Shown here: positions 44,893 through 55,251 of the stretch, piece by piece
How positions within the stretch are numbered: position 1 is the first letter of the stretch
How the letters are laid out: every line of letters begins with the position of its first letter
Assembly: GCA_046497465.1 (NCBI GenBank)
Contig: JAWOFO010000042.1
Span: forward strand, 64,651-128,650
DNA from: Desulfobia sp.
GTDB lineage: Bacteria; Desulfobacterota; Desulfobulbia; Desulfobulbales; SURF-16
Direction of reading: 5' to 3'
DNA: 64,000 nt
Notes under the pieces: model-generated
What the model saw: only the letters and a program-made list of their open reading frames with translations
Database searches by the model: none
Told to the model about the DNA's origin: nothing
Program-made: the position numbers and the translations under genes

Positions 44893-46666
44893 TATCTGGT
44901 TTCATCCAGCTCTGTATCTGCTTATAGGCGGACTACTCCTCCCTCTATTTCGGGAAGGAGTGATCAAGAAGTGCTTCATAATGGCCGTGCCCCTGGTTAC
45001 CTTTATGTCGGTTATCTACCTGCATAACGGGATATATGGAGAGGTCCGGTTTATGGACTGGCAGTTGGTTTTCGGCCGGGTTGATGCCCTTAGCAATATA
45101 TTTTGTTACATAATGGCACTGATGGCCATAATAGGGACCCTTTTCAGTCTCAATGTAGAAGAGGACTGGCATCATGTTGCAGCCTGGTACTATGTTGCAG
45201 GTTCACTGGGAGTCATTCTCAGTGCTGACTATCTTTCTCTCTTCCTGTTCTGGGAATTGATGGCCTTTGCTTCTGTTTTCCTGGTCTGGTTTGGCGGAAG
45301 ACCCGATTCAGTCGCCAGCGGTTTTCGCTATATTTTAGTTCATACCGTGGGAGGGCTTTTCCTTTTGGCCGGTATCATACTTCGTTATTATGCCACCGAT
45401 GGAGATCTCTCTTTTGTAGCCCTGAACGTTGACGCACCGGATCTGGCTACCTGGCTTATACTTATTGGATTTATTACAAACGCGGCGGTGGTTCCCATAC
45501 ACTCCTGGTTATCTGATGCCTACGCCGAGGCCTCAGTGGCAGGCGCAGTTTTTATGTGTGCCTTTACCACCAAGACCGCAGTTTATGTACTGGCCCGCGG
45601 CTTTGCCGGAATGGACATACTGATTGTCCTGGGAGGAGTTATGGCCCTGTATGCCATTATATACGGCATCATGGAGAATGACAGCCGGCGGGTATTTGCC
45701 TGGGATACAATAAGCCAGGTGGGCTACATGGTCCTCGGGGTAGGAATCGGCACAGAGTTGGCAATTAACGGTGCATGCGCCCACGCCTTTGCCCATATCC
45801 TCTATAACGGACTATTATTTATGGGTACCGGTACTGTGATATATATGACCGGGACCGCCAAGATGACAGAACTGGGTGGCCTTTACAAAAAGATGCCGCG
45901 GACCTTTGTCTATACCCTTATCGGTGGCTTATCCATAGCCGGGATTCCCTTGATGAGCGGTTTTGTCTCCAAGTCTATGATAATTGCCGCAAGTTTCGAG
46001 ACTCACCATATCTGGGCTGCTTTTGCTCTGACCCTTGCTTCTGCAGGTACTTTCCTGCTGGCCGGAGTCAAAGTTCCTTACTACATCTGGTTCAGCAGTA
46101 AAACCAGCAGTCCGGAAATATGGAAAAAAGCGGGAGACCCCCCCTGGAATATGCAGGCTGCTATGGCTGTGGCAGCTTTCTTTTGTATCTTCATAGGTTG
46201 CTATACACCTTATCTCTACGACAAGCTGCCTTTCAGTGTACACTACAATCCCTACAACGCCTATCATTTGGCAGAAGCCCTGCAGATTGCCTTATTTACC
46301 GGGGTTGCCTTCTTTTTCCTGAAGAAGCTGATCAAGCCTCAACCGACAATCAGCCTGGATCTGGACTGGTTTTACAGGATGGCTGGCCGTGGATTTCTGT
46401 GGCTGGATAAGCGGGTACTCCAGTTCATCGACACCTGCGTGGGTGGGATCTATTACTATGTGGGACTGCTGCCGTTGATGACCATATCCCGGTTCTGGTC
46501 GTGGTTTGACTGGCATGGAATAGACGGGGTGGTAGATGGGACTGCCAGGACAGTAAGAGGTCTGGGTGGAGTGGTAAGGCGTTTCCAGGCCGCTCAGATA
46601 CAGTACAGCATCTTCTATGCTGTGACCATTACTGCTTTGGCAATTTTAATTTTTGTGATTGTGTAA
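44885..46666 (+). CDS. nuoL: NuoL-like antiporter subunit (with C-terminal lateral-helix/anchor region)
   Basis: 593 aa with an antiporter core (WELMAFASVFLV, HSWLSDAYAEASVAGAVFM, HAFAHILYNGLLFMGTG). The C-terminal segment FDWHGIDGVVDGTARTVRGLGGVVRRFQAAQIQYSIFY...final TM resembles the NuoL HL-helix plus TM16 pattern (D..vVDG.VNG...........R.lQtG....Y). Confidence 0.75.
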   Translation: MIDIWFHPALYLLIGGLLLPLFREGVIKKCFIMAVPLVTFMSVIYLHNGIYGEVRFMDWQLVFGRVDALSNIFCYIMALMAIIGTLFSLNVEEDWHHVAAWYYVAGSLGVILSADYLSLFLFWELMAFASVFLVWFGGRPDSVASGFRYILVHTVGGLFLLAGIILRYYATDGDLSFVALNVDAPDLATWLILIGFITNAAVVPIHSWLSDAYAEASVAGAVFMCAFTTKTAVYVLARGFAGMDILIVLGGVMALYAIIYGIMENDSRRVFAWDTISQVGYMVLGVGIGTELAINGACAHAFAHILYNGLLFMGTGTVIYMTGTAKMTELGGLYKKMPRTFVYTLIGGLSIAGIPLMSGFVSKSMIIAASFETHHIWAAFALTLASAGTFLLAGVKVPYYIWFSSKTSSPEIWKKAGDPPWNMQAAMAVAAFFCIFIGCYTPYLYDKLPFSVHYNPYNAYHLAEALQIALFTGVAFFFLKKLIKPQPTISLDLDWFYRMAGRGFLWLDKRVLQFIDTCVGGIYYYVGLLPLMTISRFWSWFDWHGIDGVVDGTARTVRGLGGVVRRFQAAQIQYSIFYAVTITALAILIFVIV

Positions 46667-46795
46667 TGACAGGGGGAGACACAGTGAGAACTGGGAAGAG
46701 CTTAAGGAGTATTTAAACAATTTATAATTCTCGAACTGTTAACTAGAAGTTGCATCTTAAATCTTAAATCTACGCACCTTAGAGGTTTTCCGGTA

Positions 46796-48298
46796 ATGGA
46801 TTTTCTAATAATTAATGAAGGATTTCCCCTCCTCAGTACTTTGATTTTTCTGCCATTGGCAGGGGCCCTTGTACTGCTGTTTGTTTCTGACGAGAATTTG
46901 GCACGGATCTGGTCACTTATTGTGAGCGGAATAACCGCGCTCTTATCCATACCTCTGTACATCTATTTCGATCACAGCACAGCCAAGTACCAATTCGGGG
47001 AACACACCCAATGGATATCAACACTTGATATAAACTATACTCTGGGGATTGATGGTATAAGCCTTCTGCTGGTGCTACTTACAACTTTTATCATGCCCCT
47101 TTGCGTCCTGGCATCCTGGACTTATATCCAAACCAGGGTTAAGGAGTTCATGATATCAATGCTGGTGATGGAAACCGCCATGCTGGGGGTATTTATGGCC
47201 CTGGATTTTGTACTCTTCTATGTTCTCTGGGAGGCCATGCTTATCCCGATGTATCTTCTTATCGGGGTATGGGGGGGACCCAGGAAGATATACGCGTCAA
47301 TAAAATTCTTTTTATATACCCTTGCTGGTTCGGTAATGTTTCTGGTGGCGATTATCGCCTTATACCTTGAAAACGGCACTTTCAGTATCCCCATGATGAT
47401 GGGGCAGGGCTATACCATGGGTTTCCAGATTCTGATATTTCTTGCCTTTTTTCTGGCCTTTGCCATTAAGGTACCCATGTTTCCCTTCCACACCTGGCTG
47501 CCGGCCGCTCATGTAGAGGCTCCGACAGCGGGTAGTGTTATACTGGCAAGTATTCTGCTTAAAATGGGGACCTATGGCTTTTTGAGATTCTGCCTGCCTA
47601 TTACTCCACTGGCAACTATAAATCTGGCGCCCTATATCCTCTGGCTCTCTATCGCCGGGATACTCTATGGAGGATTCACCGCTCTGGCCCAGAATGATAT
47701 GAAGAAACTGATCGCCTATTCCAGTGTCGGACATATGGGATTTGTTACCCTGGGTATATTCTTCCTGAATCAAAGGGGCGTTGAAGGGGCGATCCTGCAG
47801 ATGATCAACCACGGTATTACCACCGGCGCCCTGTTCCTTTGTGTAGGAATGATCTATGAAAGGACTCACAGCCGGGAAATTAAGGATAACGCCGGTATTG
47901 CCAAACATCTGCCCCTGTTCGCGGCATTTCTCACAGTCTTTTCCCTGTCCTCGCTTGCCTTCCCGGCCACTAACAGTTTTGTCGGGGAATTCCTGGTGCT
48001 GGCCGGGGCCTTTGCTGAAAATAAAATTATTGCAGGGGCTGCCATCCCTGGCGCCGTACTGGCTGCCGCATATATGTACCGACTACTCCAGCATGTACTT
48101 TATAAAGGGGAGGGACGGCCTGATATAGTAGACCTGAATGCTCGCGAAGTGGTAACTCTTGCGCCTCTGCTTTTCTTTGTACTCTGGATTGGCCTGGCCC
48201 CCGGGCCCTTTTTAGATGTCATGCATACCAGTGTGAATTACCTGCTGAGTCAGGTTGATGTTGCTCAGGCTGCTGCACTCCAGGCTGCGGCGCTATAG
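46796..48298 (+). CDS. nuoM: NADH-quinone oxidoreductase subunit M
   Basis: 500 aa with FPLLSTLIFLPLAGA at the N-terminus and the blocks LWEAMLIPMYLLIGVWGG, FPFHTWLPAAHVEAPTAGSVILA and MINHGITTGALFLCVG. Confidence 0.9.
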   Translation: MDFLIINEGFPLLSTLIFLPLAGALVLLFVSDENLARIWSLIVSGITALLSIPLYIYFDHSTAKYQFGEHTQWISTLDINYTLGIDGISLLLVLLTTFIMPLCVLASWTYIQTRVKEFMISMLVMETAMLGVFMALDFVLFYVLWEAMLIPMYLLIGVWGGPRKIYASIKFFLYTLAGSVMFLVAIIALYLENGTFSIPMMMGQGYTMGFQILIFLAFFLAFAIKVPMFPFHTWLPAAHVEAPTAGSVILASILLKMGTYGFLRFCLPITPLATINLAPYILWLSIAGILYGGFTALAQNDMKKLIAYSSVGHMGFVTLGIFFLNQRGVEGAILQMINHGITTGALFLCVGMIYERTHSREIKDNAGIAKHLPLFAAFLTVFSLSSLAFPATNSFVGEFLVLAGAFAENKIIAGAAIPGAVLAAAYMYRLLQHVLYKGEGRPDIVDLNAREVVTLAPLLFFVLWIGLAPGPFLDVMHTSVNYLLSQVDVAQAAALQAAAL

Positions 48299-48340
48299 TT
48301 AACCAACATATTACTTAACACCTAACAACAAGGAAAAGAA

Positions 48341-49762
48341 ATGTTGTTTGCACCAGAACTTGTACTTCTAATAGGTAGTCTTCTTATATTCTTTCTCAGT
48401 TTAGGAGAAAGGAAAGGAAAGGGAGCAGAACGGCTCACAATGCTGGTAGGCTGTCTCACTGTTGTTGTCCTTCTTTTCAGTTTTAAGTCTGAAGGGACAC
48501 TGTTTTTCAAGGTATATGAGATAGATTTTTTCTCTCAACTATTTAAACTGTTAATAGTCCTGGGAATGCTCTTTGTTACCGGATTTACCAAGGACTTGAA
48601 AGGGATAGGTGAAAATATAAAACCTGAATACTTTCTGTTCATGGTCCTTTCTACCTTGGGACTGGTGATGCTGGTAAGCAGTGTGGAACTGCTTACCCTG
48701 TTTATTTCTTTGGAGCTGTCCTCCTATTGTTTGTATCTTATGGTTCCGATGCGGGATGACCGCCATGGTGACAGGGCCCAAATGGAAGGGGCCATTAAAT
48801 ATATACTTTTTGGGGTGGTTGCCACCGGGGTTATGCTGTATGGAATGAGTTTCCTCTACGGGCTGACAGGTACGACCTATCTGGAATTCCTTATTCCCGA
48901 GGTTCAGAACTTAATGGGTCAGCCTACTGCAGTTCTGGCTACAGCTATGGTAATGGGTGGTTTTTTCTTCAAACTGGCCATATTCCCCTTCCATTTCTGG
49001 GTACCTGATGTCTACCAGGGAGCCTCCAACCCAACTACCTCCTTCATCGGCACTGTTCCTAAACTGGCGGCTGTTGCCATCCTCATAAGGTTGACTATGT
49101 TCATCAGCCCTTCTGAAGGCGGCACCATGCTTACTAACATGATGATGTTACTGGCCATATTTTCCATGTTTTACGGAAACCTGGCCGCCCTTGTCCAGAA
49201 GGACATTAAGCGTATGCTGGGTTTTTCCGGGATCGCTCATGCCGGTTTTATCCTCGTTGGCCTCCTTACTCTCAAAACTACGGGTATGGCAACTTCACTG
49301 TACTACATCATCGGCTATGTTGTTATGAACCTTGCCTGCTTCCTGGTTATTTGCCAAGTCTCCAGCAAAGGTGAAAATTTACTGGTAGCCGATTTCAACG
49401 GCCTGCACAAAAGGGCACCTCTTCTCGCTTTGACACTCCTAGTCGGAATGATGGCTCTGGCAGGCATTCCTCCTTTTGTTGGTTTTATGGGCAAATTCAT
49501 GTTGTTGGTCGGCGCACTGGATGAAGGCTATATCACCCTGGTAATTCTGGCCGCCATAAACACTGCTATTGCTCTTTTCTACTACCTCTCCGTGGTGAAG
49601 GCCGCCTATTGCGAGGCCCCTGAAAACCATGACAAGGCCGCCATTCCGGATGGGATGGTTAATGCTTTAAGTGTCATTCTCATGATAGTTATTATTATTA
49701 TGGGTGTGGCCCCGGATAAGTTTATGTCTCTTACTACTATGGCGGTTAACTCTCTATTTTAA
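48341..49762 (+). CDS. nuoN: NADH-quinone oxidoreductase subunit N
   Basis: 473 aa with the blocks SLELSSYCLY, FPFHFWVPDVYQGASNPTTSFI and GIAHAGFILVG. It is the last gene of the operon. Confidence 0.9.
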   Translation: MLFAPELVLLIGSLLIFFLSLGERKGKGAERLTMLVGCLTVVVLLFSFKSEGTLFFKVYEIDFFSQLFKLLIVLGMLFVTGFTKDLKGIGENIKPEYFLFMVLSTLGLVMLVSSVELLTLFISLELSSYCLYLMVPMRDDRHGDRAQMEGAIKYILFGVVATGVMLYGMSFLYGLTGTTYLEFLIPEVQNLMGQPTAVLATAMVMGGFFFKLAIFPFHFWVPDVYQGASNPTTSFIGTVPKLAAVAILIRLTMFISPSEGGTMLTNMMMLLAIFSMFYGNLAALVQKDIKRMLGFSGIAHAGFILVGLLTLKTTGMATSLYYIIGYVVMNLACFLVICQVSSKGENLLVADFNGLHKRAPLLALTLLVGMMALAGIPPFVGFMGKFMLLVGALDEGYITLVILAAINTAIALFYYLSVVKAAYCEAPENHDKAAIPDGMVNALSVILMIVIIIMGVAPDKFMSLTTMAVNSLF

Positions 49763-49825
49763 GGAGATGGATTTAAGAAGATGGATAATACCTTCAGCTT
49801 TAATTCTTCTTCAGCCCACCTGCTC

Positions 49826-49853
49826 TTGACAGAATAAAAAAACAGATTATACT
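49826..49853 (+). promoter_or_regulatory. candidate sigma70 promoter for tRNA-Gly / rimP-nusA-infB
   Basis: TTGACA (49826-49831), a 16-nt spacer, then TATACT (49848-49853). The element ends 15 nt before the tRNA. Confidence 0.5.
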
Positions 49854-49868
49854 TAAATTCATGCGGTA

Positions 49869-49944
49869 GCGGACATAGCTCAGCTGGTAGAGTACAAGCT
49901 TCCCAAGCTTGGTGTCGCGGGTTCGAGCCCCGTTGTCCGCTCCA
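49869..49944 (+). tRNA. tRNA-Gly (anticodon CCC)
   Basis: Acceptor gcggaca/tgtccgc, anticodon stem-loop caagc-ttCCCaa-gcttg, T-arm gcggg-ttcgagc-cccgt, discriminator U, and an encoded CCA. Confidence 0.9.
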
Positions 49945-50127
49945 GCGTTACAAGCAACAGGCTTATTCATTTCTGCTTAAGTTTATAAAAGTGATATAAT
50001 ATGCTGAATATTTTTGCAGGGTAAGGCAGATAAGCCATTGCCTGACTATGCCATGCATAATTTTTCCGAAAAGTGGGCCTGTGCCCGCTTTTTTTATTTC
50101 TGGGCAATGGTTAGCAGGTGGTTTTAC

Positions 50128-50592
50128 ATGTCTTTTCAGGATCATATCTTTAAGAAAGTAATCGATCTGGTTAAGCCGGTGGTTGAAGATAAGGGACTCG
50201 AGCTGGTCGATGTCGAGTATCGTCGCGAAGCCGGTGGATTTGTTCTGAGAATTATAGTATTCAAGGAAGATGGGGTTACTGTTGATGACTGTGCCGGCTT
50301 GAGCAGAGAAGTAAGTCAGTTACTTGATGTTGAGGATATCTTAGATCACGGTTATAATCTGGAAGTCTCATCTCCTGGATTGACCAGGCCTTTAAAAAAT
50401 AGGCGTGATTTTGAGAGGAATATCGGGGCGGAAGTTAAATTGACCTCTAAATTGGAAAATGGCGGTACTGAAGTTATCGGCGGGGTGATCCGTGATATCG
50501 GAGATGATTCTGTCACCCTGGAAGGTGATTCGGGCTTGACGAGCCGACCGTTGACAAGAATAGTTAAAGGGAAATTAGTCATTGAGTTTTAA
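50128..50592 (+). CDS. rimP: ribosome maturation factor RimP
   Basis: From the ATG at 50128 (AGGTGG 8 nt upstream) the protein reads ...VIDLVKPVVEDKGLELVDVEY...YNLEVSSPGLTRPL, the RimP signature. The ORF track's earlier start at 50014 is probably spurious. Confidence 0.85.
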   Translation: MSFQDHIFKKVIDLVKPVVEDKGLELVDVEYRREAGGFVLRIIVFKEDGVTVDDCAGLSREVSQLLDVEDILDHGYNLEVSSPGLTRPLKNRRDFERNIGAEVKLTSKLENGGTEVIGGVIRDIGDDSVTLEGDSGLTSRPLTRIVKGKLVIEF

Positions 50593-50640
50593 ACCGGCAT
50601 CCAACATTAAACAGCCCGCATAGACGGGGAGTATATATTG

Positions 50641-51954
50641 ATGATAACTGAGCTGAAAAGAATAATAGATCAAATAAGCAGGGACAAGGGGATAGATCGG
50701 GACCTACTTGTTAATACCCTTGTAGAGGCAGTACTTTCAGCGGCTAAAAAGCGGTACGGTCAACGTCGTGATATTGAAGTGCAGTACAATGAAGAGATGG
50801 GGGAGGTTGAACTGTTTCAATTCCGGCGGGTTGTTGATAAGGTTAAAGACGAACAGACCGAAGTATCCCTGGAGGAAGCTAAGAGCCTTGATCCCGAGGT
50901 GCAGTTAGGGGATGAACTGGGTTCCAAGATGGAAGATGTGGCCGACTTGGGCCGAATTGCAGCCCAATCCGCTAAGCAGGTTATTATTCAGAAGATGAAG
51001 GATGCGGAAAAGGGAGTCATATATGATATTTACAAGGAAAGGAAAGGTGAAATCGTCAACGGAATAGTTCAGCGTTTTGAACGGGGCGATATGATCATAA
51101 ACCTTGGACGAACCGATGCTGTTCTGCCCAGGAAAGAACAGATCCCCAAAAGGTCTTACCGTCAAGGTGACCGCATCCGAGCCTATCTCAAAGAAGTCAG
51201 GGATGATGTTTCTGACAGACAGCTGATTTTAAGTAGAACCTGTAATGATTTTTTAATTAAACTTTTTGTTTTGGAGGTGCCTGAAATTGCAGAAGGTATT
51301 GTTAAGATAATTAATGCCAGCAGGGACCCGGGGTCCAGGGCCAAGATCGCTGTAACATCTACGGAAAGTGATGTTGATCCGGTTGGCGCCTGTGTCGGAA
51401 TGAAAGGCTCCCGTGTCCAGAATGTAGTACAGGAGCTTCAGGGGGAAAAAATTGATATAGTCCACTGGAGTCCGGATTCGGCAAAGTATGTCTCCAATGC
51501 TCTGGCACCGGTACAGATATCCCTTGTAGTTGTTGATGAGGATAAGCATACCATGTTGGTTATAGTCCCGGATGACCAGTTATCTCTTGCCATAGGCCGG
51601 CAGGGGCAGAACGTTCGCCTTGCTTCTCAGCTTATCGGCTGGAAGATTGATGTCAAGACTGAACATAAGTATGCCAAGATGAGAGAAGAAGGTTTCCAGT
51701 CTCTTCTGACACTTAATTCTGTAAATGATAAGATGGTCGAGATGTTGTATGATGGGGGAATAACTTCTTTGACCGAGTTGGCTGAGGCATCCGCCAATGA
51801 TGTTGCTGAATTGATCGGGGTTGATAGAGATACTGCCGGTCTTTTTATCGATGAGGCCGCTAGAAAGTTGGTTGATGATAGGGAAAAGCAGGAGCGGAAG
51901 GAGGTCGAAGTAGAGAGTGATGTTTTGGGCCCTGATAGCGAAGAAAACATTTAG
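50641..51954 (+). CDS. nusA: transcription termination/antitermination factor NusA
   Basis: The ELKRIIDQISRDKGIDRDLL N-terminus, S1 domain, two KH domains (ACVGMKGSRVQNVVQEL; LAIGRQGQNVRLASQL) and a C-terminal HhH-like region identify NusA. The ATG at 50641 was chosen; a TTG lies 3 nt upstream. Confidence 0.95.
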   Translation: MITELKRIIDQISRDKGIDRDLLVNTLVEAVLSAAKKRYGQRRDIEVQYNEEMGEVELFQFRRVVDKVKDEQTEVSLEEAKSLDPEVQLGDELGSKMEDVADLGRIAAQSAKQVIIQKMKDAEKGVIYDIYKERKGEIVNGIVQRFERGDMIINLGRTDAVLPRKEQIPKRSYRQGDRIRAYLKEVRDDVSDRQLILSRTCNDFLIKLFVLEVPEIAEGIVKIINASRDPGSRAKIAVTSTESDVDPVGACVGMKGSRVQNVVQELQGEKIDIVHWSPDSAKYVSNALAPVQISLVVVDEDKHTMLVIVPDDQLSLAIGRQGQNVRLASQLIGWKIDVKTEHKYAKMREEGFQSLLTLNSVNDKMVEMLYDGGITSLTELAEASANDVAELIGVDRDTAGLFIDEAARKLVDDREKQERKEVEVESDVLGPDSEENI

Positions 51955-52013
51955 GACATACCTGCCTGTCTTCAGATTATTTTAAGTTTTACAAGTCCAG
52001 GAGCAAGCCAAGT

Positions 52014-54731
52014 ATGGCAAATAAGATCAGAGTATACGAGTTGGCCAAAGAAGCCGGCATGAAAAGCAAGATTTTGACCACTCAGCTCATAGAGTTAGGC
52101 TATGATGTGAAGGCCTATAATTCCACTCTTGATGAGGAAACCGCTGAAGAAATCAGGGAAAGGCTGGGGCTGAAGAATATAAGTGTGGAAAGAAAACGTA
52201 TTGAAAAAGCCGGCCGTACAGTTATAAGACGGAGGCGGATGCAGAAAACTGCTGCTGAAGGCGGGGAAGCAGAGATGCCGCAGGAGAACCATCCCTCTCA
52301 TGATTTCGAGCAAGAACGGGAAATAGCTGAAGAGAATAAAGAGGAGATAGATAAACCAGAAGAAAAAGACAGGCCCGAGGGGAAAGCGCCCGAGGCCCCG
52401 GTAGTTTTTGAGAAAAAACCAGGTGCAGTGGAAAGGCAGGAACCTGAGGCTGAAAAACCGGGCCGCGCAGAAGAAGAAAAGGAGGAGGCGTCTGTTCAGT
52501 CAGAATCCCCTGTTGAACCTCGGGTACAGGAAAAAAAGGAGGAAGCCCCTGCACCTGCAAAGAAATTCCGGTTAAAAGGGCGAAAGCAGGTGGCAAAAGT
52601 TGTGGGTATGACAGATATTCCTTTATCTAAACCGGCTGAGGATAGAGTTAAACCTAAAAGGCCTGCTAAACCGGAAAAAATGGAAGTTCAAGATAAGACC
52701 GTGGTCCCGCCGAGAGAGGCTGCACCCGCTGGGAAGAAAAAAGAAACGGCCAAGAAAGGCAAGAGATACGTAAAGTTTGACCATAACGAAGGTGATGATT
52801 TTGACCGTTTTAAAAAGCGGGTTTCCCGCAAAGGCAAAATAGCCCCCAAAGCTGAGGGAGAGAGTCTGAATGGAGGTGAGAGGGCTTTTACCTCCAAAGG
52901 AGACCGCGGAAGTCGTAAAAAGAAGAAAAAAGAACAGCAGATAGCAGAGGGTGCTCCCCGGACTGAAACTAAGGCGATCAAGAGAAGGATAAAAGTAGAG
53001 GAGTCTATTACTGTAAGCGAACTGGCCCACCGCATGGGAGTTAAAGCTAATGAGGTCATCTCAAGGCTTATGGGGCTTGGAGTCATGGCCAGTTTGAATC
53101 AGCCCCTTGATGTGGATACTGCCAGCCTGGTGGCTTCTGATTTTAGCTATCAGCTTGAGCAAAGCGAGACTGACGAGCAGTTTCTTCTGAATTTTGAAGA
53201 GTCGGAAAGCGGGGGCACGGAATTGCCCCGACCTCCTGTGGTGACAGTAATGGGGCATGTTGATCACGGCAAGACCTCAATACTTGACGCCATACGTCAG
53301 ACTGATGTAGCCAGTGGTGAGGCTGGAGGAATAACCCAGCACATTGGCGCCAACTATGTCCGTTCTCCTCATGGGGATCTTGTTTTTCTGGATACGCCGG
53401 GACACGAGGCTTTTACAGAAATGCGCTCCAGAGGTGCCCAGATAACTGACGTGGTTGTCCTTGTTGTTGCAGCTGATGACGGGGTGATGGATCAGACCAA
53501 GGAGGCAATCAATCATGCCAGGGCGGCAGAGGTCCCTATCTTGGTTGTTGTTAATAAAATTGATAAGGATAATGCTGATCCGGAGAGGATTAAACGGGAA
53601 TTGGCTGAGCTTGGGCTGTTGCCTGAAGATTGGGGTGGAGAAACCATTTACTGCGAAACTTCGGCCAAACAGGGATTCGGGATTGAAGATCTGGTAGAAA
53701 ATATTATTCTTCAAACCGAAATTCTTGACTTGAAAGCAAATCCCAACCGGCGGGCCAAAGGCTGGGTTGTTGAGGCCCAGCTTCATAAAGGCAGGGGTCC
53801 GGTGGCTACAGTACTGATCAAGCATGGTACTTTAAGAATAGGTGATAACTTCGTGGTCGGCCATTATTACGGTAAAGTACGTTCTCTTTCCGATGACAAG
53901 GGGCGAAAGGTGAAAGAGGCCGGCCCTTCCAGGCCGGTTGAAGTCCTAGGCCTGAGTGGTGTCCCCAAGGCCGGGGATGAGTTTATTGTCCTTGATGATG
54001 ATAAAATGGCCAAAAGTGTCAGTGAACAGCGCCAGCACAAAGCAAGGGAGTCAGAACTGGCCAGCGTTACCAAGATATCTCTGAACAACCTGTTTGAAAA
54101 GTTCCAGGAAGGTGAAATGAAAGAGTTGCGGGTTGTCTTGCGGGCGGATGTCCAGGGAACACTTGAGGCCTTCAGCAAAGCGATAGAAGAGATGGCCACC
54201 GAGGAAATAAAGGTAAAAATAATTCATACCGGCACCGGCAGCGTAGTAGAGTCGGACATTCTTCTGGCTTCCGCTTCTGATGCCCTGGTTATAGGTTTTA
54301 ACGTGCGGCCGGCAGCCAAGGTCAAGAGTCTGGCTGAGGTGGAAAGGGTGGATATCAGATTTTATGATGTTATTTATCATGCCCTGGAAGATATCAAAAA
54401 GGCCATGCTTGGGATGCTGGACTCCACTTTTGAAGAAAAGGTAACCGGTTACGTTGAGGTACGCGATATTTTCCATGTCCCAAAAGTCGGGACTGTTGCA
54501 GGTTGCTATGTCAGGGAGGGCTCAGTGAACCGTAACAGCCGGGTAAGGCTGCTGCGCGATGGGGTTGTAGTTTATACCGGGTCTATAGCATCCTTAAAGC
54601 GATTCAAGGATGATGTTAAAGAAGTTCATACCGGTTATGAGTGTGGAATAGCTATTGAGAACTATAACGATATCAAAGTAGGAGATTATCTGGAAGCCTA
54701 TGTTCTAGAGGAAAAAAAACCAGAACTTTAA
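52014..54731 (+). CDS. infB: translation initiation factor IF-2
   Basis: 905 aa with a charged low-complexity N-terminal half and a G domain ([29 protein letters not shown]). The C-terminal domains are typical of IF-2. Confidence 0.95.
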   Translation: MANKIRVYELAKEAGMKSKILTTQLIELGYDVKAYNSTLDEETAEEIRERLGLKNISVERKRIEKAGRTVIRRRRMQKTAAEGGEAEMPQENHPSHDFEQEREIAEENKEEIDKPEEKDRPEGKAPEAPVVFEKKPGAVERQEPEAEKPGRAEEEKEEASVQSESPVEPRVQEKKEEAPAPAKKFRLKGRKQVAKVVGMTDIPLSKPAEDRVKPKRPAKPEKMEVQDKTVVPPREAAPAGKKKETAKKGKRYVKFDHNEGDDFDRFKKRVSRKGKIAPKAEGESLNGGERAFTSKGDRGSRKKKKKEQQIAEGAPRTETKAIKRRIKVEESITVSELAHRMGVKANEVISRLMGLGVMASLNQPLDVDTASLVASDFSYQLEQSETDEQFLLNFEESESGGTELPRPPVVTVMGHVDHGKTSILDAIRQTDVASGEAGGITQHIGANYVRSPHGDLVFLDTPGHEAFTEMRSRGAQITDVVVLVVAADDGVMDQTKEAINHARAAEVPILVVVNKIDKDNADPERIKRELAELGLLPEDWGGETIYCETSAKQGFGIEDLVENIILQTEILDLKANPNRRAKGWVVEAQLHKGRGPVATVLIKHGTLRIGDNFVVGHYYGKVRSLSDDKGRKVKEAGPSRPVEVLGLSGVPKAGDEFIVLDDDKMAKSVSEQRQHKARESELASVTKISLNNLFEKFQEGEMKELRVVLRADVQGTLEAFSKAIEEMATEEIKVKIIHTGTGSVVESDILLASASDALVIGFNVRPAAKVKSLAEVERVDIRFYDVIYHALEDIKKAMLGMLDSTFEEKVTGYVEVRDIFHVPKVGTVAGCYVREGSVNRNSRVRLLRDGVVVYTGSIASLKRFKDDVKEVHTGYECGIAIENYNDIKVGDYLEAYVLEEKKPEL

Positions 54732-54831
54732 CACTTCAGAGGTATTTTCCGTGTCTATCGTTGTGTCTTGCATTTAGGCTGACAGTGTGTCCGTTTCAAG
54801 TGTCGTTATAGTAATAAAAGGCAGGGGTTTT

Positions 54832-55251
54832 ATGGGTAAAGGCAAGTCGCGTTTCAGTCTGCCGACAGGGCTGGCTGAACAGCCGAACAGAAGGCCTGTA
54901 AAGGTGGCTGATCTTGTTCAGAGGATTTTGAGTGAAAAGCTTTTAGGCCTGGTTCGTGACCCGGCCTTGCAGGATATATCGATTTCTGATGTAGATATGA
55001 CCAATGACCTCAAGGAGGCCCGAATACTGTACTTGTGCGTTGCCGAAGAGGCTGATAATGTCAAGAAAGGTCTGGACCGGGCAAAAGGATTTCTTCGTTA
55101 TAAATTGGCCCGGGAGCTGTCCCTTAAATATGTTCCCGAACTCAAATTTTTCTATGATACTGGCAGGGATCATCAGGAAAAAATGAATGAACTTTTTGCT
55201 GAAATAGCTAATGAACACAAGGATGGAGCCGGCTCTAAAGACAATAGTTGA
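54832..55251 (+). CDS. rbfA: ribosome-binding factor A
   Basis: RPVKVADLVQRILSE...ISISDVDMTNDLKEARILY...LRYKLARELSLKYVPELKFFYD is the RbfA KH-like signature. The ATG at 54832 (AGGGG upstream) was chosen over the ORF-track start at 54787. Confidence 0.85.
   Translation: MGKGKSRFSLPTGLAEQPNRRPVKVADLVQRILSEKLLGLVRDPALQDISISDVDMTNDLKEARILYLCVAEEADNVKKGLDRAKGFLRYKLARELSLKYVPELKFFYDTGRDHQEKMNELFAEIANEHKDGAGSKDNS

Noticed and set aside
46667-46795. The 129-nt gap between the nuoL-like gene and nuoM, with the tandem repeat cttaaat-cttaaat and no obvious ORF.
   Set aside because: No hairpin, promoter or conserved motif could be supported. It is probably just an intercistronic spacer.
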